From contig VBLZ01000096.1 of assembly GCA_005878515.1 (NCBI GenBank), positions 1-36,171 of the forward strand: a stretch of 36,171 nt of DNA, written 5' to 3'. Both the position numbers and the translations under genes were made by a program. The stretch comes from Methanobacteriota archaeon (GTDB lineage: Archaea; Thermoplasmatota; Thermoplasmata; RBG-16-68-12). The notes under the pieces were generated by a model. That model ran no database searches. It had not been told where the DNA came from and worked only from the letters and a program-made list of their open reading frames with translations. Below, in pieces: positions 8,471-20,100 of this stretch; the first letter of the stretch is position 1, and the number at the start of each line of letters is the position of its first letter.

Positions 8471-8868
8471 TCGCCGGGAACCGGGCCGCTCAACTCGATC
8501 CAAATCCCATCCGGATCTTCGACGTATGCGAGCATGCTCCCTCCTTCGGCGAAAGGAGGATGGCCGCTCCGCGCCCCTTTCGCGATCAGTTCGCGGTAGG
8601 CCCCCTCGACATCCGCGCACGCGAACGCGATGTGGTCCAGCTCGTCCCCGTTGCGATACGGGCCCGTGAAGAACTTCGAGCCGTCCGGATACCAGTTCAA
8701 CTCGAGCATCTGCTTGGACCCGGCACTGCGAAGCTCCGCCCATTCGCCGTCCGTCTCCGGAACGCGCTGACGGCGCACGACGCGCATCCCCAGGACATCC
8801 CGGTAGAAGGAAATCGAACGCTCCAAGTTCCGAACCTGAATCCCGACGTAGGCAAGTGTGTAGCGCAT
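8467..8868 (-). CDS. VOC-family protein (glyoxalase I / lactoylglutathione lyase-like).
   Basis: 133 aa. MRYTLAYVGIQVRNLERSISFYRDVLGM...LDHIAFACADVEGAYRELIAKG...YVEDPDGIWIEL is the typical paired beta-alpha-beta-beta-beta VOC pattern. Confidence 0.8.
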   Translation of the reverse strand: MRYTLAYVGIQVRNLERSISFYRDVLGMRVVRRQRVPETDGEWAELRSAGSKQMLELNWYPDGSKFFTGPYRNGDELDHIAFACADVEGAYRELIAKGARSGHPPFAEGGSMLAYVEDPDGIWIELSGPVPGD

Positions 8869-8961
8869 CGAACCGATCCGGGAGCGAAGGGCCGCCCATA
8901 AGCGATTTGCCGCCGGACGACGGCGCGTAACCCTTGTAGCCTCGCCCGCCTATGTCGGTCC

Positions 8962-8966
8962 GGAGG
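8962..8966 (+). promoter_or_regulatory. Shine-Dalgarno-like GGAGG, 5 nt upstream of the ACT-protein ATG.
   Basis: The sequence reads ccGGAGGgggacATG. Confidence 0.45.
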
Positions 8967-8971
8967 GGGAC

Positions 8972-9346
8972 ATGATCCAAATTGACTTGGAGGTCCCGGA
9001 CCGGCCGGGGGAGCTCGCGAAGCTCGCGGCGATCTTGGGAGATGCGGGCATCAACATCGACGCGATCGGCGCCGAGTCTGCGGGCGGGCGATCGTATGTG
9101 AGCCTGATCGTCAACCAGCCGATGCAGGCGCGGGAGGCGATGATGAAGAGCGGATACGCTTGCTCGACGCGGACCGTCCTCGTCGTCCGCCTGGACGACA
9201 AGCCGGGCGCGCTGGCCGCCCTCGCACGGAAGCTGGGAGACGCCGGAGTCGACGTCGTCAGCGCGATTCACCTCGGCACCGTGGGTGGTCATGCCCAGGT
9301 CGCTCTCGGGGTCGACAACTTGGAACGGGCGCGATCGTTGGTATGA
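8972..9346 (+). CDS. ACT domain-containing protein (two tandem ACT folds).
   Basis: 124 aa. Two copies of the ACT signature are present: IDLEVPDRPGELAKLAAILGDAGINIDAI and LVVRLDDKPGALAALARKLGDAGVDVVSAI. Confidence 0.8.
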   Translation: MIQIDLEVPDRPGELAKLAAILGDAGINIDAIGAESAGGRSYVSLIVNQPMQAREAMMKSGYACSTRTVLVVRLDDKPGALAALARKLGDAGVDVVSAIHLGTVGGHAQVALGVDNLERARSLV

Positions 9347-9428
9347 GCCCGAGAGGGACCGGAGGCTGAGTCGGTTCCCTCGATGCGTTCAGCGCCCCTT
9401 CTCACAACCGATAACCAAAGCCCGTTTC

Positions 9429-9436
9429 TTAAATAA
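9429..9436 (+). promoter_or_regulatory. Archaeal TATA-box candidate TTAAATAA (context cTTAAATAAgg).
   Basis: It is close to the TTTAWATA consensus and lies 43-50 nt upstream of the ATG at 9479. The same CTTAAATA(A)GG string recurs at 10963-10972. Confidence 0.4.
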
Positions 9437-9478
9437 GGAGCGGGCCGCTCGATTTCTCCGTACACGAACCGCGAGGCG

Positions 9479-10912
9479 ATGCCTCGCGACCTAGGCGGCC
9501 AGCGTATGCAAGGGGCGATCGAAGCTCTGCTTTCCGGTCTCGTACTCCGAGGCCTCGGCCCGGCCCTCTCGGGAATCCTGATGGCCGCTCCGCTGAAGAA
9601 AGTCGCCCGGGCGCAGCTCAAGAAGATCTACGTCCTCGATGAGCGCGGCGAGATGGCCGGGGAATACATCCTCGATCAGGATTGCCCGATCGACTACAAC
9701 GACTTCCTGAAGGTCTTGCCCGACGAAGGGATCGGCGACCGCGATTCCTTGTTCGTGGGCGAATATGTTTTCACGGCGTTCCAGAGCGGCAAGTTCGTGT
9801 TTGTCCTCCTGTCGCGCGGCCAACTCGCGCCCGAGGATGTCAACTGGACCGCCCTCCTCCTTACGGCCGCGGATTCGCATCTCGCGTCCGCGGTGAATCG
9901 TCCCGCACCCGCCCGTGCCGCCGAACCGAAACCGGACGTCGACAAGGGAATCGCGGAACGCGATGCGCGCCTCCAAGCGAAAGAGAAGTCCCTCGCCGAG
10001 CTCGAGGCGAAGCTCAAGGCGGATGCGGCGAACCTGAGTGGACGGCAGGAGGAGCTGGACCGCCAGAAGGCGAGGCTCGCGGCCCTCGCGGACTTTTCCA
10101 CGCAATTGCAGGATGCGGTGTCGAAGGGCGCCTCCCGGTCGGCGAAGACCCTGGAGATCGCGGAACAGCTCGCGACGAGCTCCAACGAGGATTCGAAGAA
10201 GGCCGAGTCGAAGGCCAGCTCGGACGCGCGACAAGCATTCGAGCAGGAGCGGAAAGCGCTCATCGCGGCGAAGACCGAACTCGAAACTCGCTACCAAGAG
10301 GCTTCTGCCCGAATCGCCCAACTCGAGAAGGAGGCGAAGGACTCGGTCGCCTTCCTCGAAAGGGAACGGGCGGAGACCGCGGTTCGGTCGGCGGAAGAAG
10401 AGAAGACCCGCCGCGAAATCGAGAGCCGGGTGGCCGACCTGAGTCAGCGTTTCACGTCAATGGCGAAAGAGCGGCTCGTGGCCTCGCATCGCCCCCCCGG
10501 CGAGGTCTCTGACGAGGTTCGGAAGGCGATGGAAGGCGAGAAAGCCGAGCTCGCGCGGGAGCGCAAGTTCCTCCAGCGTCGGGCGATCGAGCTCCTGGAC
10601 CGCGAGGAGCGGGTTCGGGACCGCGAAGCACGGGTCGAGGAACGAGACCGCGAATTCGGGCGACGGGACAAGGATCTCTCCGCCCGCGAAGAGGATCTAG
10701 ACCGGCAACGGACGCTCCTCGCGCAAGCAAAGCCGCAGGCGCCCGAGATCCGCGCCGAACCGGACGAAGCGAAGAAAGACATCGAGCGGCGCGTGAAGAT
10801 CATCCAGCAGAAGGCGCTGGAGCTGCTGGACCGGGAGGAAAAACTGCGGAGGCGCGCGGCGGAGCTCGAGGCGATGGAGTCCCGGCTCTCCGGAAGGGTG
10901 ACGGTCGAGTGA
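9479..10912 (+). CDS. Coiled-coil protein with an N-terminal hydrophobic segment and a juxtamembrane-type alpha/beta module. It appears paralogous to the cytoplasmic tail of the downstream giant protein.
   Basis: 477 aa. The N-terminus is AIEALLSGLVLRGLGPALSGILMAAPL followed by the basic stretch KKVARAQLKK. The module KIYVLDERGEMAGEYILDQDCPIDYND...FVFVLLSRGQLAPEDV spans nt 9620-9900. About 330 aa of E/R/A/K/L-rich sequence follow. Two copies of the motif (K/R)(F/I)(L/I)Q+(K/R)A.(E/D)(L/V)LD(R/Q)EE+(L/I/V)R lie at nt 10562-10621 and 10790-10852. An alternative start is the ATG at 9506. Confidence 0.85.
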   Translation: MPRDLGGQRMQGAIEALLSGLVLRGLGPALSGILMAAPLKKVARAQLKKIYVLDERGEMAGEYILDQDCPIDYNDFLKVLPDEGIGDRDSLFVGEYVFTAFQSGKFVFVLLSRGQLAPEDVNWTALLLTAADSHLASAVNRPAPARAAEPKPDVDKGIAERDARLQAKEKSLAELEAKLKADAANLSGRQEELDRQKARLAALADFSTQLQDAVSKGASRSAKTLEIAEQLATSSNEDSKKAESKASSDARQAFEQERKALIAAKTELETRYQEASARIAQLEKEAKDSVAFLERERAETAVRSAEEEKTRREIESRVADLSQRFTSMAKERLVASHRPPGEVSDEVRKAMEGEKAELARERKFLQRRAIELLDREERVRDREARVEERDREFGRRDKDLSAREEDLDRQRTLLAQAKPQAPEIRAEPDEAKKDIERRVKIIQQKALELLDREEKLRRRAAELEAMESRLSGRVTVE

Positions 10913-10963
10913 AGCGGCTTCCCTCCCAGAAAGAAATCAGGTCAGATAACCACCAAACGGCGC

Positions 10964-10970
10964 TTAAATA
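10964..10970 (+). promoter_or_regulatory. TATA-box candidate TTAAATA (context cTTAAATAgg), about 205 nt upstream of the giant ORF.
   Basis: It shares a 10-nt core with the element at 9428-9438. No other AT-rich box lies between 10913 and 11175. Confidence 0.25.
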
Positions 10971-11175
10971 GGTCCGAACGGAACCCGCTGTAACCCCACG
11001 CAGACGCTCGTCAGAGTCGTGACGGCTTGAACGTCTCATGTGCAGAACTGCCAGGTTCCAACTACGACGTCGCACGAGGTGACTCAACCGGAATCCCCCG
11101 GCCTTCCGCTGCGTCGGTGAGCGGTACCGCCGCTCCGTCCAACCACTCCCTCCCGGAACGCGCCGTGGTGTTTTC

Positions 11176-14100
11176 GTGAAGGCGCGAACCGCGTTCCTCG
11201 TCGCCTTCGTCATGCTTGCAACCGCCGCCCTGGTGGTCGTCAGCCAGTCGATGCCCGACCCGCTCGCGAAGTTCAGGACTCCCGACGGTCGGCTCACGAT
11301 TCCGGGCCGTGCGTTGACCCCGGAACTGCAACGGCTGCTGTTCCATGGCAATGACCTGCAGCCTCTCACCAATGTCACCTTCCTTCTCCCGGTGCGATCT
11401 TCGTATCCGACGGAGCGCCTCGTCGCCATCTCATTCGCGTCTCCAAATCTCAACGTCTTGGTTCATCCGCGGCAAGCGCCGGAAACGTGGGGCAGCGCCA
11501 TCGATCACGTCCTCCGAGTGTGGTTCCCTCCCGTCGACTGGCACGAGGTGGCAGTCGGATTCCGAAACTCGATCCGGGACGGCGTTGGGTGGTTTTTCGA
11601 TCTCTTCACGATGAACGCCAAGGCCGACGCATTGACGGTCGATTCGACGACCGTCGCAGTCGTCGACCCCGCCGCGGCAACCTGCACGACCTCCCAATCG
11701 GCGGCCGCGGGCGACAACGCGGTACTCGTGATGCTCAGCAATCGCGGGCCCACCGCGTACGCGAGCGTCACGTACGGCTCGGTCAGCCTGAGCCTGATCC
11801 CCGGGACCGCCACGAGCGGCACCGGAATCGTGCGCTCGGAGATGTGGTTTTACCAAGGCGCGATTCCAGGCGGCGCTCAAACGATGACGGCCACCCTCGT
11901 GAGTGGCACCGCGAAACAAGTGTGTGCCACGGTCCTCTTAGGGGGAGTCTTGGCCGCGACCCCGACCGCAGGGGGAACCGCGGCGAGCGGGACGACTGCG
12001 AATCCGAACATCTCGATCTCCCCGGCATCCGCCGGTGAACTGGCCTTCGCGGTCCTGGGGATCCGAGGGACCACGGCACCGACGGCCGTCACCGGCACGG
12101 GGGCCACCGCGACGTCTCTCTATGGAATCGCGCCGACTCAGTGCGCCGCCGCGCCCAATAGTTTTTGCGGCGCGGGGGCCGACATGCCCTTCCCCGGGAC
12201 GGCAATCACGTGGACGGACGGCAACGCCACCGACTGGGTCATCTCCGCGGTTCGCGTGTTGCCCACCCCGAACTGCGGCGTTGCGTCGGGGAACTGCTAT
12301 CGGATCGGCGCGGGTGGGACGTGGGCCACGGGTGCGAACTGGTCGAACACGTCCGGCGGGGCGGCGTGCGGCTGCACGCCCGTTGCGACGAACGATGTGA
12401 TCTTCAATGCCACCCCCACCGGCACCACGACCCTTGCGGCAGCCACGACGATCGCGAGCATCGACATGACGGGCTTCACCGGCACGCTCGATACGACCGC
12501 ATCCAACTGGGCGCTCACCGTCAACGGTCCATTCGCCATTCAGGGGACGTTCCAGGCTCGGAGTTCGACGATTACGATCACCGGGGACGTCGACGTGCTC
12601 ACCGCGGCGACGATCATCAATCTCGGCGCATCGAGCTGGACGGTCAACGGCCTGTGGACCAACCTATCGACCTCCGCCTCGTGGGCCGCGGGGACGAGCA
12701 CGGTGACGATTCGAGATGCGACAAGCGGGACGCTCACATTCGCGGCACTGGCTGGCGGAGCGAACGAGTTCAACAATCTCACGCTGGATGCCAGCGTGAC
12801 TACGAGCATCACGTACACGATGGCAGTAAACCCGTTGAGGATGGGAGCGACCCTCACGATCCGCAACTCGACCGGCGGGGCGACGGGACCGACTATCTTG
12901 ACGACATCGGCGTCGAACTTCGGCATCACCGCGGGGGCGCTCGCCATTGCGACCTTCGGAAGCTTGACCGCGAACGGGTCGGCCATTGCGTTCAACGGCA
13001 ACGTGAACGTCAGCGCGGCGAACGGCTACGTCGTCATGGGTACGTCGGCATGGACCGTCACGGGGACCTGGACGAACGCGTCGACGTCCGCCTCGTGGAA
13101 CCCCGGGACCGGTACGGTCACGTTCACGAGCGCGACCGGCGGGACGATGACGTTCGCCGGGACGAATCTTCCGGGCAACGAGTTCAACAATGTTTCTTTC
13201 AACTCCTCGGCGGCGTCCGTCCAGACGTTCACGATGGCGACAAGGGCCCTCATCTGGGGCGGGACGCTCACGATCTCGGACGGTTCCTCGACGACGGCGC
13301 TCGCAACGGCCAATCTCGGCCTGACTGGCGGCGCACTCAGCGTCGGCAACGGCGGTATCCTCACCGCTAACGCTTCCACGGTAACCGTGTCGAGCGTGGC
13401 GATGACCGGGGGAACGAGCGGAACGATCACGCTCACGACCGGCTCGTTCACCAGCAGCGGCAACTGGGACACGAGCGGAGCCGGCTCCGTGTTCACGAAG
13501 GGCACGAGCACGGTGACGATGAGCGGTGTCGCCAACATCGCCATTCTGAACGCGAGCAACAACTTCAACAGCCTCGTCATCTCGGCGGCGGGAACGGTCA
13601 CCCAAACCGGCCTCGTGGACGTCTCCGGGACCTTGACGGTGAATGCCGGCTCAATCCTCGCGAGCGGCACCTTCACGCTGACCGTGGCCACCCTCGCAGC
13701 GAACATGGCGGGTGGAATCACCGGGGGGGCGGCGGGCACGAAGACGATCACCGGCAATGTCAGCATCGCCGCCTCGGGATACTTCGGCTTCGGTGCGACG
13801 ACTTGGAACTTCGGCGGTTCGTGGACGAACTCGTCGACGAGCGGATCGTGGTCCGCCGGAACGGGGACGGTCGTCTTCAACTCCGGCTCGTCTCGCACGA
13901 TGACCTTCGCCAACTTGGGAGTCTCTGAGTTCAACAACGTGCAGTTCGGCCCTACCGCCGCCGCGACGTTCACTATGGCGACGAACGGCCTCCGATGGGG
14001 AGGCACGTTGACCCTCAACAACAATGCGACCCTTTCGACCACGAACCTCGCGTTGACGGGCCCGGGAGGAAACCTCACGGTGAACAACGGGGCCACCTTG

Positions 14101-17100
14101 ACGGCGGGCACGTCCGCCGTGAGTGTGACCAACGTGGCGATGACCGGCGGAGTCTCCGGGACGATCACGGCCTCGGGCTCATGGACCGTCGCAGGGAACT
14201 GGGACACGTCCGGAGGGGGCTCCGTCCTCACGGCGGCTTCGAGCACCGTCACGATGAGCGGAGCCGCGAAGACCGTCAAGATCCTGAACGCCTCCAACGG
14301 CTTCGGCGCACTCACGATCAGCGGCACCGTCACCGCGGCATCGGCGATCACCCTGGCCGGCCTCCTGACGGTCAGCGGCACCTTCGACACGACCGCGACT
14401 AACTACGGCCTGTCCGTCGGCGGCGGCCTGACGGTCAGCAGTGCCACGGGGGTCTTCCGGTCAAACGGATCGACCGTCTCGGTGGCCGGGAATGTTTCCG
14501 TGAACAATGCGGGCGGCTACATCACGTCAGGCGGCGCCGGTTCGTGGACCGCCTCCGGATCCTGGACAAACGCGTCCACATCCGCGTCCTGGAATTTCGC
14601 GTCTCCCATCATGTTCAACTCATCGGCCTCCCAGACGATGACCTTCGCCGTCCTCCCGGGAGCTGCCTCCGAGTTCACCGACATCGCCTTCAACAGCGGC
14701 GCGTCGACCGTCACGTTCACCATGGCGGCGAACCGCCTCATTTGGTCGGGGACCTTGTCGGTCCAGGGTGGGGCCGGAGCGACGACCCTCGCGACGAGCA
14801 ACCTGGCCCTCACCGGCGGCGCACTCACCCTCGGCAACGGGGGTGTGCTGACCGCGAATGCATCGGCAGTCAGTGTATCGAACGTCGCGATGACCGGCGG
14901 TACCTCGGGCACGCTGACGCTGACCACCGGCGCGTGGACCGTGACCGGGATCTGGGACACCTCCGGCGCAGGATCGACATTCGCAGCCGGATCGAGCACC
15001 GTCACCATGACCGGAGCGGGCACGACCGTCAAGATCTTGGACTCGTCGAACGGGTTCGCCGCTCTCACCGTTAGCGGCACTCTCTCCGCGGCATCGGCCC
15101 TCACAACGGCGGGACTCGTCACCGTGAGCGGCACGCTCGACACGACGGGCGCGAACTACGGCCTCACGATCGGCGGCGGACTCACCGTCAGCGGTGCGAC
15201 CGGGGTCCTTCGCGCGAACGCCTCGATTGTCTCCGTCGCCGGGAACGTGAATATCAACAGCGCCACGGGCTACATCACGTCGACGGCCGGCGGTTCTTGG
15301 ACCGCGTCCGGATCATGGACGAACTCCTCGACATCGGCCTCGTGGAGCTTCGTCGCCCCGATCACCTTCAACTCCTCGGCCTCACGAACAATGACATTCG
15401 GCAACCCGACCCTGGAGTTCGCCGGGAACGTCACGTTCAACTCCGGCGCCTCGACGGTCACGTTCACGATGGCGGCGAACAGCCTGGACGTCGGCGGGAC
15501 GCTCACGATAGCGGGCGGAGCCGGCACGACGACGCTGAACACGAGTGGTTCAAACCTCGCGATCAACCCGGCCACACTGGTCGTGAACGCGGGAGGAGCC
15601 CTCACGGCCAACGGGTCCATCATCACGGTTACCTCGATGGATACCCATCTCGGGACATTCACGGTCGGCGCCTCGACCGTCGTCGTGAACGCGTCGGGCG
15701 GCTCCATTAACGTCACGCAGACGGTCAACAATCTCACGGTCACACCCGCCGTCTCGACGACGTTCACAGGATCTCTCACATGGACAGGAACGCTCGCCTT
15801 CACGAACGCCGGGAGCGTCGCATTCGGAACGAACAGCCTGACCTCGAGTGGCGCCGCGACCTTCACGTTCGCGTCGGCAACGATCACGATGAGCTCGGGG
15901 AACTGGGATACGTCTTCGGCCACGACCTTCACGGCGACGAGTTCGACGGTCACGTTCTCAGGGACGGGGAACCTTCGAGTCGGGGGAAGCGCCTCCTTCG
16001 GCGCGCTCACGGTCAGCGGCGGCACCCGGACCCTCCAGAGCCAACTCACGACGTCGGGACTGCTGACCCTTTCGGGCGGCACCCTCGCCAAGGGGACGAA
16101 CGCGCTCACCGCCAACGCCGGGATCACGATGTCGGGCGGCGCGCTCACCTCCACGTCCGGTGCGGTCAGCATCACCGGCAATGTATCGATCGCGGCCGCG
16201 TCCTACATCGTCTTCGGTTCCGAGACTTGGACCGTGAGTGGCTCGTGGACGGACAATTCCACGTCGGCGAGTTGGTCGATTGGAACCGCGACCGTGGCCT
16301 TCAACGCGTCCTCGGCGCAGACGATGACGTTCGCGGCGCTCCCGGGGAACGCACCCGAGTTTTACAACGTGACCTTCAACAGTGGCGCGTCAACGGTCAC
16401 ACTCACGATGACGACGAACGCGCTGGCTTGGTCGGGAATCCTCACGGTCCAAGGAGGGGGCGGGGCGACGACGCTCGCCACGAGCAATCTCGGACTCACC
16501 GGAGGCGCCATCGTCGTCGGCAATGCGGGAGTCCTCGCCGCGAACGCCTCCGCGGTGTCGATATCCGGATTGACGATGATTGGAGGGACCAGCGGCACGT
16601 TGACGCTGACGACCGGTTCATGGGCCGTCTCCGGCAACTGGAACACCAGCGGGGCGGGCTCGGCATTCTCGAAGGGAACATCGACGGTCACCTTCACCGG
16701 GGCCGGGCAGACGGTATCCATCCTCAACGCTTCGAACGGGTTCTACAACCTCGCCGTCTCGGGGACCGTCACCCAGTCCACCGCCATCGATGTGACGAAT
16801 TCCTTGACGGTGAGCGGAACTCTGACCACCGGAGGGTTCAACATTACGGGCGGTTCGAACCTCTCCGTCCCGGATGGTGGCACCCTGGCGGCAGGCACCT
16901 CGACGTCCACGTTCACGAACGTCACGATGACCGGCTCGATCTCAGGCACGATCACCCTGACGGGCGCATGGACGGTCAGCGGTTCTTGGGACAGCACCGG
17001 GGCAGGCTCGGTTCTGAACCCCGGGACATCGACCGTGACGTTTACCGGGACCTCGCAGACAATCAGCCTCGCGGCGGGCCAGACGTTCTACAATCTCACA

Positions 17101-20100
17101 ATCGGTGGCACGGTTTCCATCAACTCGTCGGTGACCGCGGCGGCGACGCTGACGGTGAACAACGGGGCCGTCCTCACAAAGACGGGCCAGACGATCGCCT
17201 TCAACTCCTTGACGCAGAACGGGACCGGGAGCATCGTCGACGGAGCGATCACCGTCGTGAACTTCTCCGTCACGAACAGTGATGGAACGAATCTCACGGC
17301 CATCAGCGTGTTCACGACATGGACGATCGACGCGGACTACACGTGGACCCATTCATCCACGGTCGCGACCTCGACGATCACCTTTACCATCGGAGGAAAC
17401 ACAATCGGGCATCGATTCAATGTGACTAAGGACGCCGTGGACTTCACGAATGGCTTCGTGAACGGCTCCGGGCAGATCATCTTCACGATGCTCGGTTCGG
17501 ACCCGGTCGTCGACGTCCGCCTTACATCGCCCTGCGGGGGGAATCGATATTGGATCGGTGGGACGGGTGGCTGGTCCCAGACAGGCCATTGGGCGGATTC
17601 GTCGGGCGGGGTGAATGGATGCTCCGTGCCGAACTCTTCGAATCCGGTCTTCTTTGACGCGAGCTCCGGAGGCGGAAGCGTCGCGATTAATCTGAATGGG
17701 GCCGCGGCTTCGCTCAACACGACCGGGTGGACCGGGACGATTGCAATCGGATCGTTCGACCTCGCTGTGAGCGGCGACATTATCCATGCCGCGGGAATCA
17801 TTTCGATTGGCGCCTCCTCGAATGCCGGCCTGACGGCAACCGGGACGCTCACTCTCTCGGGTTCCGCAGTCCTCGACGGGTCCGGCGTGGCGTCTCTGGT
17901 TGCGATCTCCGGCGACACGTCAATCGCGAGTACGTCGGCCTACTTCCGGATGGGCAGCGGCACCTGGACATTCGCAGGCTCCTGGTCTAACAGCAGCACC
18001 TCGACGAACTGGGTCGCGGGAACCGGCGTGGTCATCTTCGATTCGCCGTCTTCGCGAACGTTCACTTTTGCGAATCTGGCGGGCAACGAATTCCACGATG
18101 TGACATTCCAGTCCACGGCGGGCAGCGGCGCAATCATCTTCTCGATGGCAGCGAACGGTCTGCGCTGGAGCGGACTCCTCCAGATCCAAGATTCCGCGGG
18201 ATCGACGACCACCCTGGCGACATTGAATCTCTCCCTGACCGGCGGATCCCTTGCCGTCGGCAACTCGGGAGTGCTCATCGCAAACGCGTCGAGCGTCGCC
18301 GTGGTCGACGTCGCGATGACCGGCGGCGCGTCGGGAACGCTGACCCTCACGAGCGGGTCTTGGACCGTGAGCGGGCAGTGGGACACCTCGGGCGCCGGTT
18401 CGACGTTCGCTCGAGGCACCAGCACGGTCACGATGTCGGGCACGTCGGCGAGCGTCGCGACCCTCGATGCGACCAACGGATTCAACAATCTGGTCATCTC
18501 TGGGACCATCACGCAGAACACCGCGCTCGAGGTGCGCGGCACACTGTCCGTGACGGGCAGGCTCACCACAGCGGGAAACAACATCACCGGCGGTGCCAAC
18601 CTCGCGATCTCCGGAGGCGGAAGCCTGATCGGGACCGCGTCTTCGATCGTCGTCTCCGGGGTGACGATGAACGACGCCGGGACGAATTCCATTTCCCTGA
18701 CGACCGGCTCGATTTCCGCGTCGGGCTCATGGGACACCTCCGGATCGTCCTCGGCTTTCATTGGTGGCTCGTCCACGGTGACCCTCACCGCCGCCTCCGG
18801 AACGATCGCTCTCGGGCCTGCTCAAGCGCTCACGTCGTTAATCATCGCAGGGAGCCTCTCGTCGGTATCTCCGTTGACGGTCTCTTCCCTCACCATCTCC
18901 TCGGGTGGACTCGCCAACGGCCCGCACGCGCTCACGGTGAACGGGAACGTGACGTTGGCCGGTGGCTACCTCACCTCGACGTCCGGGTCCGTCTCGATCG
19001 CGGGAACCGTGAACGTCTCTTCGGCGTCGTCCTACATCGCGTTTGGCTCGGGAACCTGGGTCATCTCCGGGAATTGGACGAACGCGTCGACCTCGGCATC
19101 TTGGTCCGCAGGATCTGCCGTTGTCACATTCAACTCGACGACGGATCAGATCATGACGTTCGCTGGTGCCAACTTGGCCGGCAACGAATTCAGCACGATT
19201 GAGTTTGACAGCGGCTCCTCGACCACGACGTTCACGATGGCCTCCGACGGGCTTGTGGCGCAGACAATCACGATCCAAGGTGGCCCCGGGACGACCACGT
19301 TGACGACCTCGGGCGCGAGCCTCCCGATTATCGCGAACGCCCTGACGGTTGACGTTGGCGGGGCGCTCACCGCGAACGCGAGCATCCTGACGGTTCGCTC
19401 GCTGAGCACTGCCGCCGGCGCATTTGCTGCCGGGACCTCGACCGTCGTCGTCAACATCTCCGGCGGCTCCATCAACGTCACGCAGACTCTGCACGATGTC
19501 GTCGTGAGCCCTGGGATCAGCACGACCTTCGCCTCGAGCATCACTTGGTCCGGGGCGCTGACACTGACGAGTTCCACGTCCATTTTCGACGGCAATCTCA
19601 CTTCGAGCGGTCCTGCGGTCCTCAATCTGGGAACCTCCACGCTGTCGATCGCGGGATCATGGGACACCTCCTCGGCAGCGACCCTCATGTCGATCGGCTC
19701 CGCGGTGACCTTCACCGGCGGGAGCGGCTCGATCACCCTCGGTGCGGGCCAGCGGTTCGCCACACTGACCATCGCCGGGACCGTCGCTCTCGGGTCCGAC
19801 CTGACCGCGGACACCCTGTCCGTGACGACCTCGAACGTACTGACGATGACGAGCCACCGCATCGCATTCAACAGCCTGACGGTCAACGGGACGATTGCGG
19901 ACGGATCCGTGAACGCGACCGACCTCACGGTCACGAACAGCGATACGACGGCCTTGGTCACCATCGCGGGGTTCAGCGAGTGGTCCCGAGGTTCCGCGTA
20001 CGCCTGGACCCATACCTCCAGCGAATCGTCCCAGACGATCACGTGGTCGATTGGTGGAAATGCCGCGGGCATCCCGTATACGGTGACGAAAGACGGCTCG

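Noticed and set aside
8027-9292. 421-aa minus-strand ORF.
   Set aside because: It runs across the 3' end of acd, out of frame through the VOC gene, and antisense to the ACT gene. It is R/G/D-rich with no motifs and cannot coexist with three well-supported genes.
9351-9379. Imperfect hairpin GAGGGACCG...CGGTTCCCTC after the ACT gene, considered as a terminator.
   Set aside because: The stem has a one-nucleotide bulge and no downstream T-run. It is insufficient on its own.
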